64,000 nucleotides of DNA from Nitrospirota bacterium (GCA_963818475.1 CAWFSF010000006.1:64001-128000), one strand, 5' to 3'; positions 9,459-20,340 are shown, counted from the first letter of the stretch. Notes: generated by a model from the letters alone, not told the origin. Numbers and translations are program-made.

Positions 9459-10347
9459 ATGAATACCATCAGGCCTATTTGCAAAGATCTTATGAAGGTG
9501 CACCCCTGCTTTTCGGAAGAGGCGCACCATCTGTTCGGCAGGGTCCATCTGCCGGTCGCGCCGGCCTGCAATATCCAGTGCCGCTACTGCGTCAGAAAAT
9601 TCGACTGCGCCAACGAGTCCCGTCCCGGGATCACCAGCCGGGTCCTGACGCCGGACGAGGCAATGGACCGGACCAGGGCGCTCATCGAGCGGAGCGACAG
9701 GCTGAGCGTTGTGGGCATCGCGGGCCCCGGAGACCCGCTTCGTGAACGCGCCGACCTACGTGACGCTCAGGCAGATCAACTGGGAGTATCCCGACCTGAC
9801 GCTCTGCGTTTCAACGAACGGCCTGCTTCTTTCCGACCGGCTTGAGCAGCTTCTTACCTCGGGCGTTCGGAGCCTGACCGTGACGATCAATGCCGTGACT
9901 CCCGAGACCGCGGAGAACGTCTACGCCTGGGTCATTTACCAGGGGCGGCGGTATGAAGGGCAGGAAGCAGCAAAACTCCTGCTGGCCAACCAGTGGCAGG
10001 GACTGGAAAACGCGATCGACGCGGGCCTTATCACCAAGGTCAATACCGTGTTCATCCCCGGCGTGAACGATCACGAGATCCCGCTGATCGCGGAACGCGC
10101 GGGAAAGCTTGGCGCGGACATCATGAACATTCTGCCGCTGATACCGCAGGCCGAGTTCGCTCACCTGACAAGACCCTCGCATGCCGAGATCACCAGGCTG
10201 CGCGAGCAGTGCCGTCCCTTCATCAAGCAGATGACCCACTGCAAGCAGTGCCGCGCCGATGCCTGCGGGATCCTGGGCGAGGACAAGGACATGGAGCATG
10301 AAGTGCTGATGGCGCGCATCGGCGAGGACTACAACGATTCGTTGTAG
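9459..10347 (+). CDS. nifB: Radical SAM nitrogenase cofactor biosynthesis protein NifB (SAM domain only; frameshift near 9742)
   Basis: [30 protein letters not shown] and CKQCRADA NifB signature motifs. Confidence 0.9.
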
Positions 10348-10377
10348 GATTGCAGGCGAATCCTGTGTCAAAAACCT

Positions 10378-10476
10378 TTGACACGGATCAGGCGGATTTA
10401 TTTATGAAAAAGCAGGATAACGTCATGGACTTATCCGCTTTGATCATAGCCTTTATCGGATTTTATCCGTGTCAAA
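10378..10476. repeat. Inverted nonamer-type palindromic element (CACGGAT family)
   Basis: ttgacacggatcaggcggat ... atcggattttatccgtgtcaa. Confidence 0.7.
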
Positions 10477-10510
10477 GATTTGTTCTTTGGTTGTTGCAGG
10501 AGGTCTTCCT

Positions 10511-11273
10511 ATGACTGCACATGAAATGGAGCGATACCGTCGACAGCTCATGCTGCGGGGTTTCACTCCCGACCATCAGCATCGGCTGAGGAACGCCACG
10601 GCGTTCGTCGCAGGCGTCGGCGGACTGGGCGGGACGGCAGCGCTCTATCTGGCCGTTGCCGGCATCGGCAGGCTCATCCTGGTGCACGCCGGGAACCTGA
10701 CGCTGTCGAACATGAACCGCCAGGTCCTTATGAAGCATAAGGCTATCGGCAAGAGCAGGGTCGTCCAGGCGAAGAAGACGCTCCAGGAGCATGAATCCCG
10801 ATGTGGAGGTCGAGATCCTTCGATGAGCGGATCACCGGGGAGCCAATGCCGGCATGCTGATCAGTTCGGCGAAGATCGCGCTGTCCGCACGGCCGAACTT
10901 TCGGCGAGACGACGGATCCTGAATCAGGCCTGTGTTCGAGAAGGGCATCCCCATGGTCGAGGCGGCCATGAACGGCATGGAAGGATATCTGTTTAACGTC
11001 CTTCCCGGAGAAGCGCCTGCCTGCATTGCATGTATCCCGAGGACGACCCGTGCCTGGCAGGAGATGGGGTTCCCGGTGCTCGGCGCAGTGTCGGGCATGC
11101 TGGGCTGCATGATGGCGCTGGAGGCGATCAAGCTGCTCACGGGCTACGGGAAGCCGCTCGTGGGAAAGATGCTGGTCTTCAATACGGTTGATATGGAATT
11201 CAGGAAGTTGAACATACCCCGGAACGACAACTGCGAGATCTGCGGGGACGGTCTTTGCAGAAGTTCGGCATGA
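10511..11273 (+). CDS. hesA: HesA/MoeB/ThiF family adenylyltransferase (frameshifted)
   Basis: ERYRRQ, VAGVGGLGG, SNMNRQ, CIACIP and RNDNCEIC motifs; follows nifB. Confidence 0.8.
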
Positions 11274-11668
11274 ATTTACTGCGGGAGCATTATTTGATCA
11301 ATGCGTCCCAGGGGAGGTCCTTATGATGGTGATCGGAGTTCTCATATTCAGCATTGCGGTCTTTGCAGTTTCCTTCGGGATCGCAAAAGCTCCCCGGTTC
11401 GACCAGGGAAAGCTCGCGGCTTCGCTGGTGCTTGTTGCCTGGGGATCCATGCTGTTCGGATTGTTCCTCTCACGCCTGGCATTTTAGTATTAACATCCGA
11501 CTTTCCCCACTTCAGCTCGGATCTGTGCTCTTCCCATGTTCATATTTTAATCACTTGCTTAATTAATGCCGCAGGGATGTTTCGTGATCAAAATACCAGA
11601 TTTCGCGCCGTGAATAAAATAGCGCATGAAAACAAGCCATTGCAGCATCTGCAGCTTGAGCAATATTA

Positions 11669-11684
11669 TGGCATGGGCCTTGCT
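11669..11684 (+). promoter_or_regulatory. Sigma54 (-24/-12) promoter of the porin-like gene-amtB-glnK operon
   Basis: TGGCATGGGCCTTGCT = GG-N10-GC. Confidence 0.8.
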
Positions 11685-11815
11685 AATAGACAGGCAAGAG
11701 GTTGTTGCATAACAACTGACAGAAGGCTCCGGAGGCTTTCACAGTTTCAAAGAATGTGCACCTGCCCACTGGCAGGAGCGGGAATAAAACAGAGAGATTC
11801 AAGGAGGAGAATACG

Positions 11816-12581
11816 ATGAAGAAGATTATGATGATGTTGGGTTTGGTGCTGATGGCAGCAGGCACGGCACATGCCACGCCGTCCACGCAGATCTGGATCG
11901 CCGATGGTGATCGGACATCCAGGCGTTTATGAAATTGCGCATCTTGGCATCGACAGTTACACACAACAACCAAGAAGTCGGATTCAGATCAGCAGGAGCC
12001 GAATTTCATCACCAACGGCATCACCGTCGGTGTGCTTCCGTTTGAGAAGATCCAGATGGAATGGGCATCGACAGCGCACTGCATCGACCTCGGACTCAGC
12101 ATCCGTATCTATTTCAATGCGAAGCTCGGCACTCCTGAAGGTTAGTTGTTTACGGCGTCGCCGGCAATGCCGATCGGCGGGTATGATTTCGGCACCAGGA
12201 AGTACAGGCAGGTCCGCTGGGGCACCGACTAGAATATCGTCTACGGCATGTGGCAAAGACGTTAGGCGCCGTGTCGGGACGTGTCTCGGTCGGTCTATTA
12301 TCAGGGCAACGACAAGATGCTGCTCGACAAGAACGGTAAGAAGGAGAACACCGGCGTGCTGGTCGCATCGATCGGGACCGGACCATACCGAGGATCTGCG
12401 GGGAACAAGCTCTGGGTTGTTGTCGACGGACATGGGCGGCGAGAACGCTATGGCGCGCGGAGCTACGGCGTTCCTGGAAATTCGCACCGAACGTGGGCGT
12501 CTCCTCGGCCAGGCAAGTATCAAGAAAAGGTGATCAACGGCGCCCGACGTGGACACGCTGCAGCTCGATATCGATTTCTAA
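11816..12581 (+). pseudogene. Outer-membrane beta-barrel-like secreted protein, heavily frameshifted (error or pseudogene)
   Basis: AAGGAGG RBS, signal peptide MKKIMMMLGLVLMAAGTAHA-TPSTQIWI, ends ..LQLDIDF* (C-terminal Phe); not recovered as a single ORF. Confidence 0.6.
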
Positions 12582-12656
12582 CAGATCGGGAGGCCTGCCG
12601 TATGCATCGGTATGCGGCAGGCGCTCTCATAATATTTAACGCAGGGAGGAATTATC

Positions 12657-13999
12657 ATGAAAAAGTTTATCAGCATCATTATGCTTATGGCTGCACTGTT
12701 GTGCATGAGCTTCCCGGCATTTGCCGAGGAGGCCCTGGCCCCGGCAGCTGCTGTTGCGGAGGCGGCTCCTGCAGCGCCGGCAGCGGCTCCGAAGCTTGAC
12801 ACCGGCGACACGGCCTGGATGATCGTGGCAACGGCCCTGGTCATGCTCATGTCCATACCCGGCCTGGCCCTGTTCTACGGCGGCCTGGCAAAGACCAAGG
12901 ATTCGCTGAACACGATGGCCATGACCTTCGTGACCTTCTGCATCGCGAGCCTGCTCTGGGTCATCTACGGGTATCCGCTGACCTTCGGCACGGACATCGG
13001 CGGCTTCATCGGGAGCACGGAGAAGATGTTCCTGAAAGGGCGTTGGTTCGAACAGCCTCTTCGGCACCATCCCCGAGTATATCTTCATCGTGTATCAGCT
13101 TACCTTCGCCGCGATCACCGTGGCCCTGGCGAGCGGCGCCTACATCGAGCGCATGAAGTTCTCGGCATGGGTGCTCTTTTCGATCTTCTGGATGACCCTG
13201 GTCTATATCCCGGTGGCGCACTGGGTCTGGGGCGGCGGGTTCCTGGCAAAGCTCGGAGCGCTTGACTTCGCCGGCGGGACCGTGGTGCATGTCAATGCCG
13301 GTATTGCGGCGCTCGTGGGCGCACTGGTCCTGGGCAAGCGGCACGCTAAAGGCGATCATGCCGAGCAACCTGACCCTGGTCATCACCGGCGCCGGACTCC
13401 TGTGGTTCGGGTGGTTCGGGTTCAATGCCGGATCGGCCCTCGCAGCGAACGGCCTGGCAGGCGCGGCCTTCATCAACACGAACACGGCGGCAGCGGTCGC
13501 GGCACTGGCCTGGATGTTCGTTGAGTGGAAGCATTCCGGCAAGCCCACGGTGCTCGGCCTGGCCTCGGGCGCGGTCGGCGGTCTGGTCGCCATCACCCCG
13601 GCGGCAGGCTTCGTGAACATCATGGGCGCCATCGTCATCGGTCTCGCGGCAGGCATCATCCCGTTCTATGCAGTGGCGAAGCTCAAGCCCCTGCTCGGCT
13701 ATGACGATACGCTCGATGCCTTCGGCATTCACGGCATCGGCGGCACCCTCGGCGCGATCCTGACCGGCGTGTTCGCGGACCCGGCCATCAACCCGGCGGG
13801 CACCGGGCTGCTCTACGGCAATCCCGGCCAGCTCTGGACGCAGATCGTCGCCGTCGGCGTAACGCTCGTGTACAGCGGCATCATGACCTTCATCATCTTC
13901 ATGGTCATCAAGGTCGTTGTCGGGATCCGGGTCGATGCAGAGGAAGAGTCGGTCGGGCTTGACGAGAGCCAGCATGGTGAGCGGGCGTATAATCTGTAG
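12657..13999 (+). CDS. amtB: Ammonium transporter AmtB (frameshifted)
   Basis: [64 protein letters not shown]. Confidence 0.95.
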
Positions 14000-14009
14000 C
14001 CGTTGACGC

Positions 14010-14038
14010 GTAGGGGCGGGTTTAAAACCCGCACCTAC
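14010..14038. repeat. GTAG-family REP
   Basis: GTAGGGGCGGGTTTAAAACCCGCACCTAC palindrome between amtB and glnK. Confidence 0.75.
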
Positions 14039-14043
14039 AATAA

Positions 14044-14391
<348 letters not shown>

Positions 14392-14414
14392 CCCTCGTCG
14401 TTTATCCTCCCTGG

Positions 14415-14447
14415 GCCGGCATGTTCATCGCATGCCGGCTTTTTTTT
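14415..14447 (+). terminator. Intrinsic terminator after glnK
   Basis: GCCGGCATG-N7-CATGCCGGC followed by T8. Confidence 0.85.
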
Positions 14448-14556
14448 ATTCAGGAGGGGGGGAGAGGCTGAACTCGCGCGGAGCCAGAAGTAGGCGCTTC
14501 TAAGCGACGCGGAGGCGCAGAGAAAGCAAAAGATTTAAACCGAAGATCTATTTTTT

Positions 14557-14691
14557 TAACAGGCTGTTGAAAAAGTATTTTATGGTGTCATCCTGAACGA
14601 AGTGAAGGATCTGAGGTTGTAAAACCGAGATTCTTCGCTGCGCTCAGAATGACAAATCCTGCGGAATTTCGATTTTTTCAACAACCTGCTA
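14557..14691. mobile_element. MITE-like element with TIRs (TAACAGGCTGTTGAAAAA / TTTTTCAACAACCTGCTA) carrying an internal REP pair, nested in a nonamer palindrome (14473-14724)
   Basis: Terminal inverted repeats; second similar copy in reverse orientation at 41828-41965. Confidence 0.75.
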
Positions 14692-14765
14692 AGCTTTCTC
14701 AGCGGCTCAGCGCCTCTGCGCGAGATAATGTTGGTAGGTTTAAAGTACGTCGATAGCGGCTGTTT

Positions 14766-15146
14766 TTATTTCCGGGCAGCATCGACGCTCCAGATCCCGC
14801 CGCCCTTTGTGGAGATGTACAGAAAGACGAAGCAGTACAGCACCGCGAGTTCTCCGCCGTTCTGGATCGGCAGCACTGCCTTCGTTCCGTGCGCTATCCA
14901 ATAGGCAAAGGCCATCTGACCGCTTGCGAGAAAGGCCGACCAGCGAGTAAACAGCCCGATCATGACCAGGATGCCCGCGACCAGTTCGATCGGACCGGCG
15001 CCATAGAGTATGAAGCCGGGGACTCCCGCAGGCATCGCGCTCGGGATGCCGAACAGCTTCTGCGAGCCATGCCACAAAAACAGGAATCCAACGACGATCC
15101 GCATCAATGCGTAAGCCTGGGAATTGTAGCTCGACAATGATTTCAT
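14766..15146 (-). CDS. DoxX family membrane protein
   Basis: LMRIVVGFLFLWHGSQKLFG..IELVAG..GLFTR..NGGELA..GGGIWSVD. Confidence 0.9.
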   Translation of the reverse strand: MKSLSSYNSQAYALMRIVVGFLFLWHGSQKLFGIPSAMPAGVPGFILYGAGPIELVAGILVMIGLFTRWSAFLASGQMAFAYWIAHGTKAVLPIQNGGELAVLYCFVFLYISTKGGGIWSVDAARK

Positions 15147-15335
15147 GGGAGCACCTCCGGTGAATTGTGGCGGAAAGATGTTCAACCCCGTTTAATCCGA
15201 TAGCATGGTTTGCGGCAATGTCTTGGTTACCAAACCTATTTGCGGCATCCGCGAGTTCAATATGATGGATTGTGATCAGTACTACCTGCAGGTTCGAGCT
15301 GATGCAACAACCAACGGATACGGCATGTAACTTAC

Positions 15336-15391
15336 ACATAACGACGAGTTCACACGCCGCGAAGCGGTCGGCGTGGAACGACGTGTTATTG
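15336..15391 (-). other. attC site (family A)
   Basis: Minus strand CAATAAC..TTCCACGCCGACCGCTTCGCGGCGTGTGAACTC..GTTATGT. Confidence 0.85.
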
Positions 15392-15447
15392 TCTTTTTCA
15401 CCTTTCTCGACTGCGGGTTCCTATGAAACGGGATAATGTCCGCCAAC

Positions 15448-15945
15448 TTAAAGAACTTTTAAAGAACCAAAAATATCAGACTTATTTGGGTTGTATGTCG
15501 GAACAATTTTGCCCCATGTTGAGGCATACTTGAATCGATGAATGCTTCTTGCAGCACTGTTCGGATAAAATATTACTTTTTCTGATGTGTTGGGAATCGG
15601 TTTGCGCAATTGAAGTAATAGGCCATCGCCGGACAGATTTGTTATAACTTCGAGAACTGTACCTTGACTCGAATCGTTCGCTTGCCAGCGAATGTCCCAA
15701 TCAAGCCAGACAGTTTTATTAACCAGTTGTTCTAATTCTGCTGATGTTGCTTGATGACCAAGGATTTTAGCGTATATCGAAATAGGCAGAGTCAGCATAC
15801 CCTTTATCAAAATGATTATAGGAGTAGGCGCATTTTGTTGTTTTAGTTCCCGTAAGTCGGATACGAAATTAACGGAAATCAGCAGTAAAAGAATACCAGC
15901 TGTACAGCCAACCACAAGTATTAACCATTGAACAAAGAGAGGCAT
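15448..15945 (-). CDS. Hypothetical membrane protein, integron cassette
   Basis: AT-rich ORF with N-terminal TM segment, GGAG RBS, flanked by attC sites. Confidence 0.7.
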   Translation of the reverse strand: MPLFVQWLILVVGCTAGILLLLISVNFVSDLRELKQQNAPTPIIILIKGMLTLPISIYAKILGHQATSAELEQLVNKTVWLDWDIRWQANDSSQGTVLEVITNLSGDGLLLQLRKPIPNTSEKVIFYPNSAARSIHRFKYASTWGKIVPTYNPNKSDIFGSLKVL

Positions 15946-15986
15946 GTATTACTCCAAACCACTTAAAAGTCATTTTCGTATTTCTT

Positions 15987-16037
15987 AAATAACGACGAGT
16001 TCACACGCCGCGAAGCGGTCGGCGTGGAACGACTCGT
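15987..16037 (-). other. attC site (family A) interrupted at R'' by a group II intron
   Basis: Same 36-bp core as 15336 and 20341; the expected GTT on the plus strand stops after GT, where the intron begins. Confidence 0.85.
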
Positions 16038-16485
16038 GTACGCCCGGCACGGGCGTGAACTTATGGGGTGCAAGTCCCCTGTACGAGAACCAACAGTAGC
16101 ACAAGTACTAGCCCAAGGCAAGGGCGGAAGGGCGACCGACCGTCTGAAGGAAGCCTAAGGCGAACGTGCGAGCCGACGAACAGAAACCGCATACAAGGCT
16201 CAGTCCCTGAAGCAAGTCAGCACTACATGACGAAGCCCACCGGTTCAGGGGATAGGGCAAATGCGGCGGTTGTGCACGGAAAGTTCACGTTCTTATCCGG
16301 GGAGATCTGCGCGACGTGCGATAGGATCGTTATGAGAGAATCCGGGACGGGTCAACCCGGCAACCAAGGCCCAGGCATATCCGTTCGCTGTCAGCGGATA
16401 TGAGTCCCTACAGGGGAAACACGCATGGCAGCGGGTCAAAGCAAACATGGTAAGGAGCAGCCGGCATCGATGAAATGTCGATAAC
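16038..16485 (+). mobile_element. Group IIC-attC intron, 5' ribozyme fragment (no RT ORF, no domain V/VI)
   Basis: Starts GTACGCCCGGCACGGGCG..GGGGTGCAAGTCCCCT; contains AAATGCGGCGGTTGTGCACGGAAAGTTCACGTTCTTATCCGGGGAGATCTG; inserted in the attC bottom strand, antisense to the cassettes. Confidence 0.8.
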
Positions 16486-17458
16486 GGAGCATACAGGGTC
16501 AGGAGCATACAGGGTCAGGAGCATACAGGGTCAGAGCATACAGGTCTTGAATTATCACTTTTCCTCAAAATTCTTTATTGCCTTGCTTACCGTAGTATAG
16601 TGAATTCCGAGATGGTCCGCAATCTCTTTCAGGGTATATCCATGTTTAACAAAGGCAGAATGCATGCATTTGTTTCTTCTGCTCGCGCTGTCCTGTTTGC
16701 AAGCAATTTAGACAGGCTGGGTCTGCTCACATATCGCTGGGACCTCGGAATCTCCTTTACCTGCTCTTTATCGCTCAAAAGGTCTTTATACTTATCGATG
16801 AAGCCTTCTTCTCCTAAGAGCACCTGTCCCTGAAGATCAGCCCACGGCGAACCCTTTTGGATTCCTTCACTGACGAACTGGCGGTAGCGTTTTTGCGCCT
16901 CTGCTTTTTTCCTGCTGAAAAGGCCGAGTACCCAGTCTACGGTAAGACAGCCGGGCACTTTTATGAGGCCCGCAGTGGCTCCATAACTGCTCCATTTCCA
17001 TTCTTCAGGCTTATCAACCATATTAGCTCTCACCGGATTCAATACCACATACCGGCACAGTTCTAAAAGGTAGTTCTCTTTTTCCACGAGAATGGCCTTG
17101 TATCGTCCCTGGAAGATGTGACCGGTCTTGCTGTGCCACCAGTTGTATTTCTGGGTATAGACGCCGTTGAGTTGCCGCATGCCACGGGACAGATTGGCAT
17201 CCGGGGTCTCAATCATAAGGTGGTAGTGGTTGTCCATGAGGCAATAGGCATGACACAGCCAGTTGTACCGCTTCACGACAGAATCGAGGACCGACAGAAA
17301 ATTCTCTCTGTCCTGATCGCCGAGGAATATCTTGCCTCGTGCATTGCCACGGGAGGTAACATGATAAACGGCATTTGGGTATTCAATTCTCAGTGGTCTT
17401 GTCATAATGTTACCTTACTATTTGCTCCTGCTATTTGCTCCCTGACCCTATTTGCTCC
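16486..17458. mobile_element. RAYT/Y1-HUH element bounded by reiterated imperfect inverted repeats
   Basis: Left end (GGAGCATACAGGGTCA)x3; right end reverse complement GGAGCAAATAGGGTCAGG with three CTATTTGCTCC copies. Confidence 0.7.
16555..17405 (-). CDS. REP-associated tyrosine transposase (Y1 HUH) with C-terminal HTH; frameshift near 16670
   Basis: MTRPLRIEYP..YHVTSRGN, AYCLMDNHYHL, FQGRY, YVVLNPVRA, WSSY; shifted frame GYTLKEIADHLGIHYTTVSK. Confidence 0.9.
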
Positions 17459-18355
17459 CTAAGGGCGTTCATCCGGCAAAACCTGTTTTTCTCCCGGTGG
17501 GGCCGTCGCGGCAGTTTCTTTATTTCCATGGAAGATATACCAGGCAAGATTCGAAGCCAGTCGACCGATCGCAACATCCATTTCAGCCTGCACCGCCGCC
17601 CATTGCCCGGCTGACCAGGCATCGAGGCTTCTGGTTGATTCGCCGTTCTCGCACCGTTCCGCCTGGTACAAGACGCTGTTGTCACGAGTGTCCGTCAGTT
17701 TCACCTCCGCGCATGCCTTGAGCGCCAGTTCCGATTCGAGATTCTTTCCCGACAGCGCGACCACGAAACGATCGACTTCCAGAACGGCATCCGCTCCCTT
17801 TGCCGCAAGATCGCGATAGTCTCCCTCGGGCCGCCGGTCGATCAGCCGAATTCCTTCCCGCTCCTGAACGCATGACCGGCGATGCCTTCCTGGGGCGCAT
17901 AGAGCTTCTGCTCAAAAAGCGCGACGGTGCGGTCCCGCTCGGGAAGGTACTGCGCAAGCCCTTTCTTCGCGCGGTCCACATCTTCCGCCGAAGGCGAGCC
18001 GACAGCACCTGCTATGGCTCCGCCGATCCCGACGACCGGCGTAAGTGCCGCACAGACTAGGATAACTCCTATACCAACGATAGCACCTAGATCAGAACTT
18101 CCAAGAGACCCCGCCTGGTGCACCAGACCATAAACTGCCGACCGCCGATCCGGCGCTCTTGCCCGCGCCTTCGCCTTTGCTGCCCGGCATTCCCCGTATC
18201 CCGCTTGCCACGGGTGACGACGCAATGACCACTGCCACGATGTGAGGACTGCGTTCGTACAGGGTCGGTCCATGAGGAACGCACCCGGAAGGGAAGATGA
18301 GCAATAGAATGAGTATGGGAAAGATAGTTAGCCCAACAATGCTTCGATGATCCAT
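17459..18355 (-). CDS. Hypothetical lipoprotein (several frameshifts)
   Basis: GGAGG RBS, MDHRSIVGLTIFPILILLLIFPSGC lipobox; continues through the 17842 and 17459 ORFs. Confidence 0.55.
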
Positions 18356-18370
18356 TCGGCCTCCTGTGGC

Positions 18371-18404
18371 TCCTGGCGCGTCGGACTCGACCCGCAGGTT
18401 AAAA
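18371..18404 (-). other. Partial attC site (R'' and left arm only)
   Basis: Minus strand TTTTAAC-CTGCGGGTCGAGTCCGACGCGCC; R'' is complementary to the GTTAAAA that opens this cassette. Confidence 0.55.
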
Positions 18405-19264
18405 TCCCGCATTAATCAGCGGGAAAAAGAACGGCCCTTGTCCGGGAATCTGTTCGTCACAATATTAAACAAACCAATCTGCACTCCAGAAAGAGAGTCA
18501 CAGACATTAAGAATGAGTCCCACCTGGATGCCGTGCATGTCTGCTGCATAATTTCCGAACCCTATTTGAACGCCATGTACGGCTCCGTCACCTTGGTTTA
18601 AAAAACCTACCTGCAATCCAGTTATATTCTCGGCACCGTTTACAAAAAAAGCTTGGATGCCAGTGACATTCTCCCCAACATTTAATGCGCCTATCTGCAA
18701 ACCATTGACATTCTCTCCGGCATTTATAAAGCCTAGTTCCAAACCACTGACATTCTTCCCGCCATTTAAGAAGCCCAGCTGAGCGCCGTTAGTTTCACCT
18801 AAATTGATATTTGCTGCAGCTGCTTGGATACCGGTTATGGAAGCCTTAGAAGATCCTGCATTAAGAACACCTATCTGGCCCCCGCTAAAAGTAGAATTGC
18901 CCGCATAGTTTATACCTGCTATTTGAATTCCCCATGATTCCTTTCTCTCGTGTCCTGAGAGCCAGTTGACCCCGCCGATTTCAATGCCCTTTAGCGACTC
19001 TGTAACATTCACAAGGCCAGCGTCGATTCCCATAACAGAGGTATTTTCCCCCCACAGAAGGTTCAGACGGGCGCCACAGATCGAATTTTCCTTTAGAATA
19101 AGTTGAACAGACGGCAATAGGCTTACCTGGAGTGGATTGCAATCTTCGGCACGCGACGATTTCGATAGAAAGACAATGGCAAGGCAAAGCATGCTGAGGA
19201 AGACGTTCTTTGTGCAAAATATTTTAAAAAATAGCGGCGTCCGAAGAGTGTTTTGCATCGACAT
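18399..19264 (-). CDS. Secreted repeat protein (LA_2272-like GxQxGxxN repeats), integron cassette
   Basis: Signal-like N-terminus, many G(L/I/V)Q(I/V)GxxN units; a one-base correction gives ..PLINAGF* with the stop inside the attC R''. Confidence 0.7.
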
Positions 19265-19273
19265 GATTACCTC

Positions 19274-19332
19274 TTTTAACGCGGCGCTGACGCGCCGACT
19301 TTGGCGCGTCGCTGTCGAGCGCCAGGTTGTGA
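19274..19332 (-). other. attC site (family B)
   Basis: Minus strand TCACAAC..CAGCGACGCGCC-AAAGTC-GGCGCGTCAG..GTTAAAA, 59 bp. Confidence 0.85.
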
Positions 19333-19356
19333 CTGATCCTATTACAATCTCTTCAC

Positions 19357-20316
19357 TCAGTTGGCACTCCACTGTTTCGGAGTTGCGTTTGGATTTGCGA
19401 GATCTAACTTGGTTTCTACAAGTTCAACGTCGCAACCGCTTTCACTCAGCAAGAACTGATTCGCCATATATTTAAATTTCGTATAAAGAACGATTTTCTC
19501 TGAAGTAACCCACTCTCCAAAGTAAACATAATCGTCGTAATCAGAGCCAATGTATACATTTCCTAGGCTCGGCATTGTCTCGCCCTTTTTAATAACGGAA
19601 ATATGAAGTTGACCTCTGTTTTTACCATTTCTATATCTGTACGCGACAAGTTCTTTGCTCCCATCAGGTGAAAGCGAACGATGTTCGACGAAAAGAGGTG
19701 AGGAAGTATCAAATCCCTTCGTACGAGCAATAACTTTTATGTCGCTTATCTGAGAAACATCCTGCTTGAAGTTCTTCTTCTTTGCTTGATATCCACGAAC
19801 ATCTACTTCAACTTCCACAGAATCATTACTGAGCCATTTAGCGTGTCTGTATTCATTCGGCAGTTTAAACCGTGACAAGTTCTTGGACTCGTCCTTTACG
19901 GCGATTAATGCGGTAAATGTTGTCGTATAACCCAAAGCGCCGATGTCATAGGCATATTCAATAATTTCATGTTTTTCGTCGGGAGAAAGCACCTTGCTGT
20001 GGATTACAATATCTTTGTCAGTCAGATATTGAGCCGAGTCAAGGTTGGCAAAAATTAATACCACTATTACCGAAAGAAGGTTAATTGTAAGTGGGATACT
20101 TGATTTTATATATCCGTCCTTTTTGTTCCGAAAAAGGCTCACAATGGAAGCGATGACTAGCACGCACCAAAGGACAACAAATAGCAGGCCAGCCTCTATG
20201 AAGAGAAAAACAGCGGCTAACGGATTTGCGTGTGCAAAAAAGAAAATGCCTATCAGAACCAGTAGAAATACAACTGATAAGCTATTAAGAACAACGCTTG
20301 ATTTCGAGGCTGCCAT
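19357..20316 (-). CDS. Hypothetical membrane-anchored protein (3 TM plus extracytoplasmic domain with two SPD repeats), integron cassette
   Basis: AT-rich ORF between attC sites; LSPDEKHEIIEYAY / LSPDGSKELVAYRY internal duplication. Confidence 0.7.
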   Translation of the reverse strand: MAASKSSVVLNSLSVVFLLVLIGIFFFAHANPLAAVFLFIEAGLLFVVLWCVLVIASIVSLFRNKKDGYIKSSIPLTINLLSVIVVLIFANLDSAQYLTDKDIVIHSKVLSPDEKHEIIEYAYDIGALGYTTTFTALIAVKDESKNLSRFKLPNEYRHAKWLSNDSVEVEVDVRGYQAKKKNFKQDVSQISDIKVIARTKGFDTSSPLFVEHRSLSPDGSKELVAYRYRNGKNRGQLHISVIKKGETMPSLGNVYIGSDYDDYVYFGEWVTSEKIVLYTKFKYMANQFLLSESGCDVELVETKLDLANPNATPKQWSAN

Positions 20317-20340
20317 ACGATTACATTGCCCCTCTAAGAT

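Noticed and set aside
9700-9780. Programmed ribosomal frameshifting in nifB, amtB, glmS and others
   Set aside because: There are no consistent slippery sites, and indels affect many unrelated genes, which fits sequencing error.
11530-11575. NtrC/NifA upstream activator sites for the amtB promoter
   Set aside because: Only weak TGC..GCA and TGTTCA..TAATCA matches with non-canonical spacing or sequence; not supportable by eye.
16068-16403. 111-aa ORF as the intron-encoded reverse transcriptase
   Set aside because: It has no RT motifs (no YADD) and lies within the ribozyme 5' domains.
16486-16546. 16-bp tandem repeat as a mini-CRISPR or guide array
   Set aside because: There are no unique spacers; the units are contiguous and mirror the other end of the RAYT element.
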